From contig CAVQHD010000001.1 in NCBI GenBank assembly GCA_963712275.1, forward strand, positions 1,728,001 through 1,792,000: 64,000 nucleotides of DNA, in the 5' to 3' direction. Positions 53,784-62,835 of the stretch are shown here, one piece after another. The stretch is from an uncultured Rhabdochlamydiaceae bacterium. GTDB lineage: Bacteria; Chlamydiota; Chlamydiia; Chlamydiales; Rhabdochlamydiaceae. Positions within the stretch are counted from its first letter, which is position 1. Each line of letters starts with the position of its first letter. The notes below the pieces were generated by a model. That model was given only the letters and a program-made list of their open reading frames with translations, had not been told where the DNA came from and did no database searches. The position numbers were made by a program, and so were the translations under genes.

Positions 53784-54905
53784 ATGGAAAGATATCAAAA
53801 ACAGGCGATTTTGAAGGACCTACAAAAAAAAATGGTCCTTCTGGCTGGTCCTCGGCAAGTGGGAAAAACCACTTTAGCTAACACTGTTGCCCAAGAATTC
53901 AAATCCTCCACTTATCTCTCCTACGATCGCTTAGCAGATAGAAAGATCATCGCAAGCGAGGCGTGGCTTCCCTCTGTAGAACTGATTATCCTCGATGAAA
54001 TCCATAAAATGCCAAAATGGAAAAACTATTTAAAGGGAGTCTATGACACCAAATTACCCCATCAGAAAATTCTCGTGACAGGAAGCGCCCGGCTTGAAAT
54101 CTTTAATAAGGTAGGTGATTCGCTTGCAGGCCGTTACTTCCTTCATCGGCTACTGCCGCTCTCCCCTGCTGAGTGCGAGAAAATCCATGTAAGTTACACC
54201 TTAGATCGGTTTCTTGAAAGAAGCGGATTTCCTGAACCTTTTTTGGATCAAGATTTAGTGGATGCCAATCGGTGGAGGCTTCAATATGTCGATAGCTTAC
54301 TTCGAATCGATGTGCTTAATTTTGAAAATGTGCATAATCTTAATGCGATTCGACTTCTCTTTGAACTTTTAAGAGAAAGAGTGGGGTCTCCTATCTCTTA
54401 TTCTTCTCTTGCAGAAGATATCGCCATTTCCCCTAATACGGTAAAAAAATATATTCAGATCCTTGAAGCGTTATACATCATATTTCGAGTCACTCCATTT
54501 TCTCGTAATATTGCACGAAGTTTACTGAAAGAACCTAAAATTTACTTTTTTGACGTGGGGCTTGTCAAAGGCAATCACGGCATTAAGTTTGAAAACTTTG
54601 TTGCAACATGCCTCCTCAAGCATGTCCTAGCTAAAGCCGATTACCAAGCGAAAGATTATGAGCTTAAATATCTTCATACAAAGGAGCGGCATGAAGTTGA
54701 CTTTGCTCTGATTCATAACCGGCAGATTGAAACAATGATCGAAGTGAAATCTGCAGACGACTCAATTCCTCCAAGCTTGCAATATTTTTCTGAGAAATAC
54801 AAACTCCCCGCTATTCAAGTTGTTAAAGAATTGAAACGGGAGAGGGTTGAGCACGGAATTGAGATTATTCAGGGAGATCATTTTCTCAAAACACTCTACT
54901 TATGA
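53784..54905 (+). CDS. AAA+ ATPase (AAA_14/DUF4143 type)
   Basis: GPRQVGKTT, ILDEIH, VTGS, DSLAGR, PKIYFFDVG, EVDF...IEVK. Confidence 0.9.
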   Translation: MERYQKQAILKDLQKKMVLLAGPRQVGKTTLANTVAQEFKSSTYLSYDRLADRKIIASEAWLPSVELIILDEIHKMPKWKNYLKGVYDTKLPHQKILVTGSARLEIFNKVGDSLAGRYFLHRLLPLSPAECEKIHVSYTLDRFLERSGFPEPFLDQDLVDANRWRLQYVDSLLRIDVLNFENVHNLNAIRLLFELLRERVGSPISYSSLAEDIAISPNTVKKYIQILEALYIIFRVTPFSRNIARSLLKEPKIYFFDVGLVKGNHGIKFENFVATCLLKHVLAKADYQAKDYELKYLHTKERHEVDFALIHNRQIETMIEVKSADDSIPPSLQYFSEKYKLPAIQVVKELKRERVEHGIEIIQGDHFLKTLYL

Positions 54906-55714
54906 TTCTTCTTAATCCAGTCGTCGATCTTCCGCCGAACTCTCTGGACTTCAGCGGAAAGATCAGGTTTTAGAGTGTCATTTTTGATGAGTTCTCCAAG
55001 ATCAATTTGAATGGGGCGCTTCCCTACAAAGCCATAGTTATTTTGAACCCCTGTATCATTGTCGGAGAACCCTTTTTCACACCTCTTGGCAATGAGCTTT
55101 AGAATTGACTCTTTTGCCTCTTCCAGCTCATCGATATCCCCTCTTTCAATCAATTTAGCAAAACGGCAGTAGATAAGCTCTGCTTTTTCTTGAATAATGA
55201 AAGCTGTCTTATCAAGGTCGATATCCCATTCAATCCCTTGCCGATCTATCAGGACGATTTTCTTATTGAGATTGCTGGTTCTGTTGAGATGGACAAAATA
55301 GAGCCCTGTTTCGTCTTTAAGTTCTTCATAAGCCTTTTTAATCGCAGTAAAAGTCTCTTTTAGCCTCTTCTCTCGCCTATCAACTTTCCTAGCCCGATAT
55401 CCCTCTAGAAATGGCCGTGGGATGTACTTCAACCATGTTTTGGGAGTTAAGTGCTCCATGTTGAAAAACTTGAGTACATACTTCTGATCTGCGCTAACAA
55501 AGGCATAGCTTTGCGCCCCCCGCGCCAAATAGACAAATTTTTGAGATAAAACCTCATTCAACGAAGAAGGATGAGCAGCATCCCATTCAGGACGGTAGGC
55601 AAGATCGATGCAAATTTTGCTGAGGGCAAACCCAGACTTTTTGGGCTTATAGCAAAGAAAGATGCCCCCTATCAGCAAAAGACTGAAAAGACACAACCTA
55701 ATTATTTTCTTCAT
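54896..55714 (-). CDS. Hypothetical membrane-anchored protein with kinase-like motifs
   Basis: N-terminal TM; YLARGAQSYAF, YVLKFF, D...NNYG, IDLG. Confidence 0.65.
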   Translation of the reverse strand: MKKIIRLCLFSLLLIGGIFLCYKPKKSGFALSKICIDLAYRPEWDAAHPSSLNEVLSQKFVYLARGAQSYAFVSADQKYVLKFFNMEHLTPKTWLKYIPRPFLEGYRARKVDRREKRLKETFTAIKKAYEELKDETGLYFVHLNRTSNLNKKIVLIDRQGIEWDIDLDKTAFIIQEKAELIYCRFAKLIERGDIDELEEAKESILKLIAKRCEKGFSDNDTGVQNNYGFVGKRPIQIDLGELIKNDTLKPDLSAEVQRVRRKIDDWIKKNHK

Positions 55715-55816
55715 AAAGATGTCAAGTATAACTTAAATATGGTATATTGACTCCTAACCTTTTTTAACTTTAGCGAAGGATTTTTATGAAAATCTACTCA
55801 CACAAAAAGTCTCTCA

Positions 55817-56272
55817 TTGCTAAGTGTGCTTAAGGCCCTTTTTTACCGCTTTAAAACACCGAGAAAGGGTCCGGTCACTCTCCTGCGAGTTCAGGGGAAA
55901 CACTACAATCTCCAGGAAGTGTACAATCAATTGAATGACCGTTATTTCGAAGGAACACTGCCTCTACGTATTACCTGGTTTACCCCTAAAAAAGCAAAGT
56001 ACCAGCGACGTATCGTACTGGGGTCTTTTCAACCTCATCGCAAGCTCATTCGAATCAATCAGACCTTAGATCAGGCCAATATCCCGGCTTATTTCCTCCA
56101 CTTTATTGTGTATCACGAAATGCTCCACTTTGTGCTGCCTCCCATTCTCCACAGGAATCGACGCCGAGAAATTCACCACCCCGCATTTAAACAGCAAGAG
56201 AAAAAGTTTCATGACTACCTTTTGGCCCGCTCCTACCAAAAGGCCTCAAAAAAACAGTGGTTTATCAAATAA
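55817..56272 (+). CDS. SprT-like zinc metalloprotease
   Basis: YNQLNDRYF, IVYHEMLH...HHPAF; start uncertain. Confidence 0.75.
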   Translation: MLSVLKALFYRFKTPRKGPVTLLRVQGKHYNLQEVYNQLNDRYFEGTLPLRITWFTPKKAKYQRRIVLGSFQPHRKLIRINQTLDQANIPAYFLHFIVYHEMLHFVLPPILHRNRRREIHHPAFKQQEKKFHDYLLARSYQKASKKQWFIK

Positions 56273-56325
56273 ATAGTTGCCAAAGTGCCCTAAAAAAAGA
56301 TACAACGCAATAGAGGGAGTCGAGT

Positions 56326-56967
56326 ATGATATTTAGATTCAGTCTTGCGTTATGCTTAGGATGGACATTAATGAGTTCTGCACAAGAAATAAAACCTGAA
56401 GAGGCTCTCCGGCAGCTTCTTGAAGGGAATGCCCGCTACAAAGAAGAGAAACTTCTCCACCCCAATCGGAGTAAAGAAGCCCGCCTTTCAATGACAGGAG
56501 GGCAAACCCCTTTTGCGATTATTTTGGGCTGCTCAGATTCGCGTGTCTCCCCTGAAATTATTTTTGACCAGGGAATTGGAGATTTATTTATCGTCCGTGT
56601 TGCAGGCAATGTCGTCGGCCCGATCGAACTCGATAGTATTGAATATTCAGCTCTCTATTTAAAATCTTCGATCATTGTAGTGCTAGGACATCAAAATTGC
56701 GGAGCTGTGCAAGCCGTGATCAACGGACAAACAAAGGAGATCGAAGCGATTGCTGCCTTGATCTCCCCTGCTCTTGAAAAAGCGCGGCACCAAAAAGGGA
56801 CTCTTATCGAAAATGCAGTCAAAGATAACGTCGTCAATGTCGTTGAGCAGCTTAAAAACAGCGGCCTCATCGCCGATCTTATGAAAAAAGGAAAAATCGA
56901 CGTCGTTGGCGGCTATTACAATTTCCAGACAGGCGAAGTAGAGATTCTGCCTAAGAGCTTACCTTAA
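56326..56967 (+). CDS. Beta-class carbonic anhydrase with signal peptide
   Basis: GCSDSRV, GDLFIVRVAGN, LGHQNCGAV. Confidence 0.93.
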   Translation: MIFRFSLALCLGWTLMSSAQEIKPEEALRQLLEGNARYKEEKLLHPNRSKEARLSMTGGQTPFAIILGCSDSRVSPEIIFDQGIGDLFIVRVAGNVVGPIELDSIEYSALYLKSSIIVVLGHQNCGAVQAVINGQTKEIEAIAALISPALEKARHQKGTLIENAVKDNVVNVVEQLKNSGLIADLMKKGKIDVVGGYYNFQTGEVEILPKSLP

Positions 56968-56995
56968 TTGAAAACGTTTCAGCTTGATGCCTCGC

Positions 56996-57334
56996 CTAAT
57001 CCATTGAGAGAACGCCTCGCGTAAGGAAGTCCTCAATGTGAACTCGAATGGTAACATAGCCATGCTCTGGATAATAATGAATTAATAATTGCTTGCCCTC
57101 CAGCGGCTGGCCTGTTAAATCATCATATGCATAAATCTTTGAGGAAGACGGCCCCCAAGGAAGCTCTTTTTCTGTGGCCAAATCCATCGCTTTTTTGAGT
57201 ACGCTATTGACTGTTTGCAAGGACGAAAAAAAAGACGGGCTGCTAACGAAGGTAAAATCACAGACTGAAATCTGCATCGTTATATAACACTGCGGACATG
57301 GGGTACTCTTTGGCATAAAAGCATTAACTGACAT
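56996..57334 (-). CDS. Hypothetical protein
   Basis: GAGG SD before ATG 57334; no motif recognised. Confidence 0.5.
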   Translation of the reverse strand: MSVNAFMPKSTPCPQCYITMQISVCDFTFVSSPSFFSSLQTVNSVLKKAMDLATEKELPWGPSSSKIYAYDDLTGQPLEGKQLLIHYYPEHGYVTIRVHIEDFLTRGVLSMD

Positions 57335-57441
57335 AAAAACCTCTCTTTTTGTTTGTATAGACAAAATCCAGAAAGAAGGAATATAGCCTAATTTTTATTT
57401 TCAAGCAACCCGAAATCAAGTGTTGTCCTTCCCCGAGCGGT

Positions 57442-58974
57442 TCACTCACGATCGATATCACTCAGCTGCATTTCCTCTGCGACAAAAAGAGTGAAAGGCA
57501 AAATATCAAGCTCTACAGAAGCCTTTTCTAAAGCAGAGAAATACCGCGACCGATTTTTGACCTGAATGACGGTCCAAGGATACCCTCCTGAAGCGAGCAT
57601 AGCATTCATAATAAACCGGCCAAGGCGTCCATTTCCGTCCCTATAGGGATGGATATAGACAAAGAGAAAATGACCTAAAATAGCTCGTACTGCTGGACTT
57701 GTCTCTTGCTTCAAACAGTCAAAAAAAGCTTCCATTGCATCGAGTAGAGCATTTCTAGGAAGAGGAACATGGCGTGAGTTACGAATATAAACCTGATGCC
57801 TCCCATACCCAACGGTTTCAGTCGGTTTTAACATTCCAGCACGCACACAGGCAGAAAAAAGAGTCTGAAACCAGTTTTGCAATTCTTTTGCCACAACTTT
57901 GCCAGCTGGTTCCCCTTTTAGAATTTGGATAATTGCTTTCTTAACTTCGAGAAAGACCTCGTAATACCCTCTTGCAGCTAGCGTGTTTTTTTGTTCATGA
58001 TCGATTGCGCTATGGTCTGGATCCCAATTATTTTGATGGACCTGCTCAATGAGTTCTGTATTGACTTGATACCCTTCAATTGAAAGAGAATTATAGGCAT
58101 CTTTGATGTAGAGTTCTTCTAGCTCGTTCAAGTAAATGGAAGGGTCTTTTGGAAGACCAGGAGGAGAAGGAAAATGTTGAAGAATCACCGGCCGAAAACT
58201 TGACCATAAACCGAAAATTCTTGCTTGATAAGGGGAACGGAATTCAATCCCACTAGAAAAGGAAGCCTCCGCTTCAAAAGGATTAATAGACTTTAATACG
58301 ATTCCCATTTTCTTCAGATGGTCAGCAATGATATTTGCTTTTTCCATTTCATTTAAAACTTGAAAAGCACCAACAATTCTCTCTCCTGCACGTATAAAGT
58401 TATAAGTCGCAATCACATAAATCAAATCTTGAGGATCTTTAATAGAACGGAGGGCAATTTCTGCATCCATTGGATTTTTATGAAAAAAGGTGGGGGTTAT
58501 TTTACATAAAGCAAAGGGAAGCGTCATCACCTGGATCCCACGCACCGTCGTTTGTTCTGAAGGAAAATTTTTCGGATCTGGGTATACAAGAATCGACGTC
58601 TCAAATGGCAAAAGAACAGGATTTCCACCTCCTTTTTTTACAATAGCGATGACTTGTTTAGGAATCGTTGGATTTCCCACATGTAGATCGATTGAATTTT
58701 CTGCTGAGAGGCAGTACTGAGTTTCATAGGTCTCTTCAAGATAAATTCGAATAAAATCCCAAAAATTTGCATACCAAGCTGATGTATCCCCTGGGGAGAT
58801 ATCGGGTCTTGTTAGGATGTACCAACCGCGGATAATTTCTTGAAGCCAATTTGTTCGGATCAAAAGTTCTCGATCCGCTCGTTCAATGTCTCGAGAGGCA
58901 GCAATAGCTCCTCCATATTTTTTAGCAGCTTGATGGACGCGGGAAACCGCGTCCGCAAGGGGTTTATTGACCAT
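57442..58974 (-). CDS. Fic family protein with a large N-terminal domain
   Basis: HPYRDGNGRLGR Fic motif; SLSIEG inhibitory-type motif. Confidence 0.9.
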   Translation of the reverse strand: MVNKPLADAVSRVHQAAKKYGGAIAASRDIERADRELLIRTNWLQEIIRGWYILTRPDISPGDTSAWYANFWDFIRIYLEETYETQYCLSAENSIDLHVGNPTIPKQVIAIVKKGGGNPVLLPFETSILVYPDPKNFPSEQTTVRGIQVMTLPFALCKITPTFFHKNPMDAEIALRSIKDPQDLIYVIATYNFIRAGERIVGAFQVLNEMEKANIIADHLKKMGIVLKSINPFEAEASFSSGIEFRSPYQARIFGLWSSFRPVILQHFPSPPGLPKDPSIYLNELEELYIKDAYNSLSIEGYQVNTELIEQVHQNNWDPDHSAIDHEQKNTLAARGYYEVFLEVKKAIIQILKGEPAGKVVAKELQNWFQTLFSACVRAGMLKPTETVGYGRHQVYIRNSRHVPLPRNALLDAMEAFFDCLKQETSPAVRAILGHFLFVYIHPYRDGNGRLGRFIMNAMLASGGYPWTVIQVKNRSRYFSALEKASVELDILPFTLFVAEEMQLSDIDRE

Positions 58975-59043
58975 CAATTCCTCGTAGTTAATGTAGCCAA
59001 TTACTCGTTTTTAATGCAAACAATTACTCGTAATTGATGTTAA
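58975..59043. repeat. Three tandem 23-bp direct repeats immediately upstream of the Fic gene
   Basis: CAATT(A/C)CTCGT..TT(A/G)ATG... at 58975, 58998 and 59021. Confidence 0.8.
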
Positions 59044-59062
59044 TTTATTAAAAACAAGTCAC

Positions 59063-59422
59063 TTATGGAAGCAAAGAGACTTTGAGTGAAGGAAGACCGC
59101 CTCCCCTTCTTCGATGGTGGGCAATCCATTGGTAGGCCCTATCAATGCCGGGAAGGTATTGCATCCACCAAGTAAGGATCCAAAACCCTCCAAGACGCCC
59201 CAAGATCCGAAAAACAGCCCTGCCTCGAATGAAGTACTGGTTTGGATGTTCAAAAAAGATCACCGTGTTTAACGCTCGAGACTTCTTAGCAAGGTAAGTA
59301 CCGGCTGTCTTCCCCTCTAAAGAAGCGAATTGCAAACGGCGGTGCCGATCGTGCCGATAGAGAAAATTCACCGTCCTACGACAGAGCGGGCACTTATCAT
59401 CGAAAAAGACGATGAATTTCAC
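59063..59422 (-). CDS. DCC1-like thiol-disulfide oxidoreductase (DUF393)
   Basis: FFDDKCPLC, LQFASL, AYQWIAHHR. Confidence 0.85.
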   Translation of the reverse strand: MKFIVFFDDKCPLCRRTVNFLYRHDRHRRLQFASLEGKTAGTYLAKKSRALNTVIFFEHPNQYFIRGRAVFRILGRLGGFWILTWWMQYLPGIDRAYQWIAHHRRRGGGLPSLKVSLLP

Positions 59423-61194
59423 GGTATAATTACCCGTGGGACTTGTTTTTTCAAGACATCGAACTGTTTGGCAAGCTCTAGCGCTTCCTGCTCAGAAAGG
59501 GCCCCTTGATGAAGCGCTTGCTTGATTCTTTCTCTCTCCTCTAACCAATTTCGATCTAGAATTCGCTTCAGTGTTGAATGGAGAAGCTCTTCTGCCTTGT
59601 CTGGATTGATTTTCCGATTCATCATCTCTACAATAAGGCTTCCTTCCTCCTCTTGTTCGAGTCCAGTCGCACAGGTCAGAAGATCGGCTTTTTGACCTTC
59701 TTCCTTTCCGCGAAGAATCAACTCATACAATCTGCGGCAGATCGGGACTTTGAGTTGCTGAGGAGTTAAGTTATGCTGCGCCATCTTGATTAAAATCTCC
59801 GCAGAATCTCCTGAAAAAAATAGAAGGCGGAGAAGATCAGCCTCTAAGATCTTATCGGCATCCACATACTCTTTAGAAAGATGCCCTTTGTGCTGAATGA
59901 TCGTCTGAGGCATTCTCCCCATTCCAATCACCTCCGATGGGAGCTGCATCAGCTGAGACAACTTTCGAAGACTTTCATAAATTAAAACCGGTTGATCCCA
60001 GCTCTGGATCCTTTCGATGAGCTGCTGGGCCAGCTGATGCTTACCTGCCGGCGTATCAAGGCGCGCTGTCTTTGAGAACTTTTGCACTAAAAAAGTGAGA
60101 TAGTCGAGAGGATGGTGTAGAAGATTTTCAAAAAAGGGAGCCCCTTTTTGTCGAAGAATGGCATCGGGATCATATCCTGCCGGAAGAACAATAATCCATA
60201 CTTCTATCCCCTTCTTCTGAAAGAGATCTCCAATTTTCACAGCGGCCTCTTCTCCTGCAATATCTCCATCCAGGGCGAGAAAGACGCTCTGAATCCCTAG
60301 CTGAATGAGCTCTCGAACATGCCCTTCTCCAAAGGCTGTCCCCTGTCCTGCAACAGCCCAATCAAACCCTTGCTGAATCAGTCTTAAGCAATCAATCTGT
60401 CCCTCAACAATCAGCGCTTTTTTCTCTTTCATGATCCGCTGACGGGAGTAACTTAATCCGAAAAGAATCTGAGATTTTTTGAATAGAGGCGTCTCTGAAG
60501 TGTTGATATACTTCCCTCCAAAGGTCTCTTCCTTAAATTTTCGGGCAGAAAACCCAATCACATGCCCCATCCCATTTCGAATAGGAAAAGTGATCCTTTC
60601 GGAAAAAAAATCCCGGTTTTCTCTTTCATCGGAAACTAAAATAAGTCCCGCTTTCTCAAGAACAAAGTCGGAAAATCCCTTGCTGTGCAAAAACTTTTGC
60701 ACCGCTTTTCGATCTCGAGGAGCATACCCCACTTGAAACCGCTTAATAAAATCGAGATCGATTCCCCGCCCATAAAGATATTTTAATGCACCTTCTGCCT
60801 CCTCAGCGTAAAGAAGCAAAAAATGGTAGAATTGCGACGTAAGCTCAACCGCATCTCGAAGAAGCGCTTTTGAAGGACCCGTTGCCATTGCCTGCTCAGC
60901 CCTCTCAAGAGCAACCCCAAACCTTTCAGCCAGCGATTCAATCGCCTCGACAAACCCCACCTTTTGAAAATTCATCAAAAAGGCAATCGCATCCCCATGC
61001 GCTCCGCACCCAAAGCAATGGTAATGACTATCTCCTCGATGAATCATAAATGAAGGCGTTTTCTCTTCATGAAAAGGGCAAACCGCCTTATAGGTCGACC
61101 CTGCCCGCTTGAGCGAAATATAAGAACCAACGAGCTCGGGCAAATCAATCCGTTGGCGAAGGAGATCGAGGCTTTCTTTTGTATAGAGCGGCAT
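59419..61194 (-). CDS. dnaG: DNA primase
   Basis: CPFHEEKTPSF...CFGCG zinc finger, KYINTSET, VEGQID, LDGDIAG, DPD. Confidence 0.96.
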   Translation of the reverse strand: MPLYTKESLDLLRQRIDLPELVGSYISLKRAGSTYKAVCPFHEEKTPSFMIHRGDSHYHCFGCGAHGDAIAFLMNFQKVGFVEAIESLAERFGVALERAEQAMATGPSKALLRDAVELTSQFYHFLLLYAEEAEGALKYLYGRGIDLDFIKRFQVGYAPRDRKAVQKFLHSKGFSDFVLEKAGLILVSDERENRDFFSERITFPIRNGMGHVIGFSARKFKEETFGGKYINTSETPLFKKSQILFGLSYSRQRIMKEKKALIVEGQIDCLRLIQQGFDWAVAGQGTAFGEGHVRELIQLGIQSVFLALDGDIAGEEAAVKIGDLFQKKGIEVWIIVLPAGYDPDAILRQKGAPFFENLLHHPLDYLTFLVQKFSKTARLDTPAGKHQLAQQLIERIQSWDQPVLIYESLRKLSQLMQLPSEVIGMGRMPQTIIQHKGHLSKEYVDADKILEADLLRLLFFSGDSAEILIKMAQHNLTPQQLKVPICRRLYELILRGKEEGQKADLLTCATGLEQEEEGSLIVEMMNRKINPDKAEELLHSTLKRILDRNWLEERERIKQALHQGALSEQEALELAKQFDVLKKQVPRVIIP

Positions 61195-61249
61195 GCTCTT
61201 CAGAATAGCAGGCTGAAGGATAAATCTCAGTAACCTTCAAGATCCCTCT

Positions 61250-61437
61250 TTACCTTGTAATTTGACCAAAAAACTTGAAAAGTTGCCTTTCCTTTTGAAA
61301 AAACAAGGCTAAAAACGCCTTATTCTAGCTTGCTTAAAAGGCAGAAAATTGAAAGCAACTTGCTTATGATTAGCCAGTTAAAAATTATCCTTTCTTTTCG
61401 ACCACGGATATGATAAAATTACCTTGTAATTTGACCA
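61250..61437 (+). promoter_or_regulatory. Repeated sites upstream of the third AAA+ ATPase
   Basis: TTACCTTGTAATTTGACCA at 61250-61268 and 61419-61437; degenerate copies near 61283 and 61385. Confidence 0.7.
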
Positions 61438-61446
61438 TGGGAAACA

Positions 61447-62835
61447 ATGTTTAAACGTCTAATCGATTGGCATCTTGAGCAGTGGAAGGACTATAAATAC
61501 CGCAAGCCTTTGCTCATTCGAGGGGCTCGCCAGGTGGGAAAAACACATGCGGTACGGCAACTTGGCAAACAGTTTGATCAACTGATTGAGATTAATTTTG
61601 AACTGGCAAAGGATGCCAGGCCGATTTTTGAAAAGGATCTAAAACCAGAAAGGATTTTGAAAGAGCTTGCCTTGTACGCCGGCCTGACTAAGATTATCCC
61701 TGGAAAAACGTTGCTTTTTTTTGATGAGATTCAAGAGGCTCCACAAGCGATTTTAGCTCTTCGTTATTTTTATGAACAAATACCTGAGCTGCATGTTATT
61801 GCAGCAGGCTCGCTTTTTGACTTTGCACTCGAAAAAGTCGGGCTGCCTGTTGGGCGTGTTTCAAGCATGTATATGTATCCGATGTCATTTATAGAGTATT
61901 TAATTGCGAGTGGAAATACCGCCTCTGCAAGGGCTATTTTGGAGAACCTTCGCAAAGAGCCCTTTTCCGAGACGATTCATCTCAAACTGATGAACTTAGT
62001 AGGTGAATATTTAGCGATTGGAGGCATGCCGGAAGCAGTGGCAAAGTGGGTCGAAGAGAGAAATCCCAAAGAGAGTTTTCAAGTCCACCATAATTTGATT
62101 GCGTCCTATCGACAGGATTTTGAAAAATATGCCACTGAACATCAAATGGAGTTTGTCGAGATGCTCTTTCGTCAAATACCTTACATGATTGGGGAGGAGT
62201 TTCGGTATAAGAATATTCATGGCGAGTTCCGAAAAAGAGAGCTTGCCCCTTGTCTTGATTTACTATGCAAAGCCAACGTAGTGCATAAGATCCATCATAG
62301 CGCTGGCAATGGAATTCCTCTTGGGGCAGAGGCAAATGTAGAATGGTTTAAGCTTATCTTAGTCGACATTGCGCTTTGCCAAGCAACATTGGGATTCGAT
62401 CTGTCGACATGGTTTTCGCAACCTGGCATCGAGTTTGTCAATCGGGGGGCAATAGCAGAAGCGTTTGTGGGACAAGAATTACTTTGCTATTCACATCCCC
62501 ACCAAAAAGCCGATCTCTATTTTTGGAGGCGCCAAGCAAAAAGCAGCACAGCAGAAGTTGATTTTGTCTACGAGTACAATCGAGATATTATCCCGATTGA
62601 AGTTAAAAGCGGCGACGGAAGGACATTAAAAAGCATGCTGATGTTTTTGGAGGAGCACCCTAATTCGCCCTGCGGTGTACGGTTCTCTGGGCAAAACTAC
62701 TCTAGGTGGGAAAAAATCGATTCCAAACCCCTTTATGCCGTTTGTTCTTTAGCCCACGAAGAACAAAAGAAAGCATTAGAATACTTGTTCTCAGCTGACC
62801 ATCTCCTCAGTAACCTTCAAAATCGCCATCATTGA
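61447..62835 (+). CDS. AAA+ ATPase (AAA_14/DUF4143 type)
   Basis: KPLLIRGARQVGKT, FFDEIQ, AAGS, PVGRV, GGMPE, AEVDF...PIEVKSG. Confidence 0.9.
   Translation: MFKRLIDWHLEQWKDYKYRKPLLIRGARQVGKTHAVRQLGKQFDQLIEINFELAKDARPIFEKDLKPERILKELALYAGLTKIIPGKTLLFFDEIQEAPQAILALRYFYEQIPELHVIAAGSLFDFALEKVGLPVGRVSSMYMYPMSFIEYLIASGNTASARAILENLRKEPFSETIHLKLMNLVGEYLAIGGMPEAVAKWVEERNPKESFQVHHNLIASYRQDFEKYATEHQMEFVEMLFRQIPYMIGEEFRYKNIHGEFRKRELAPCLDLLCKANVVHKIHHSAGNGIPLGAEANVEWFKLILVDIALCQATLGFDLSTWFSQPGIEFVNRGAIAEAFVGQELLCYSHPHQKADLYFWRRQAKSSTAEVDFVYEYNRDIIPIEVKSGDGRTLKSMLMFLEEHPNSPCGVRFSGQNYSRWEKIDSKPLYAVCSLAHEEQKKALEYLFSADHLLSNLQNRHH

Noticed and set aside
58975..59043. CRISPR array (also considered for 53718-53781)
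   Set aside because: Repeats are contiguous with no unique spacers, and no cas genes are present in the window
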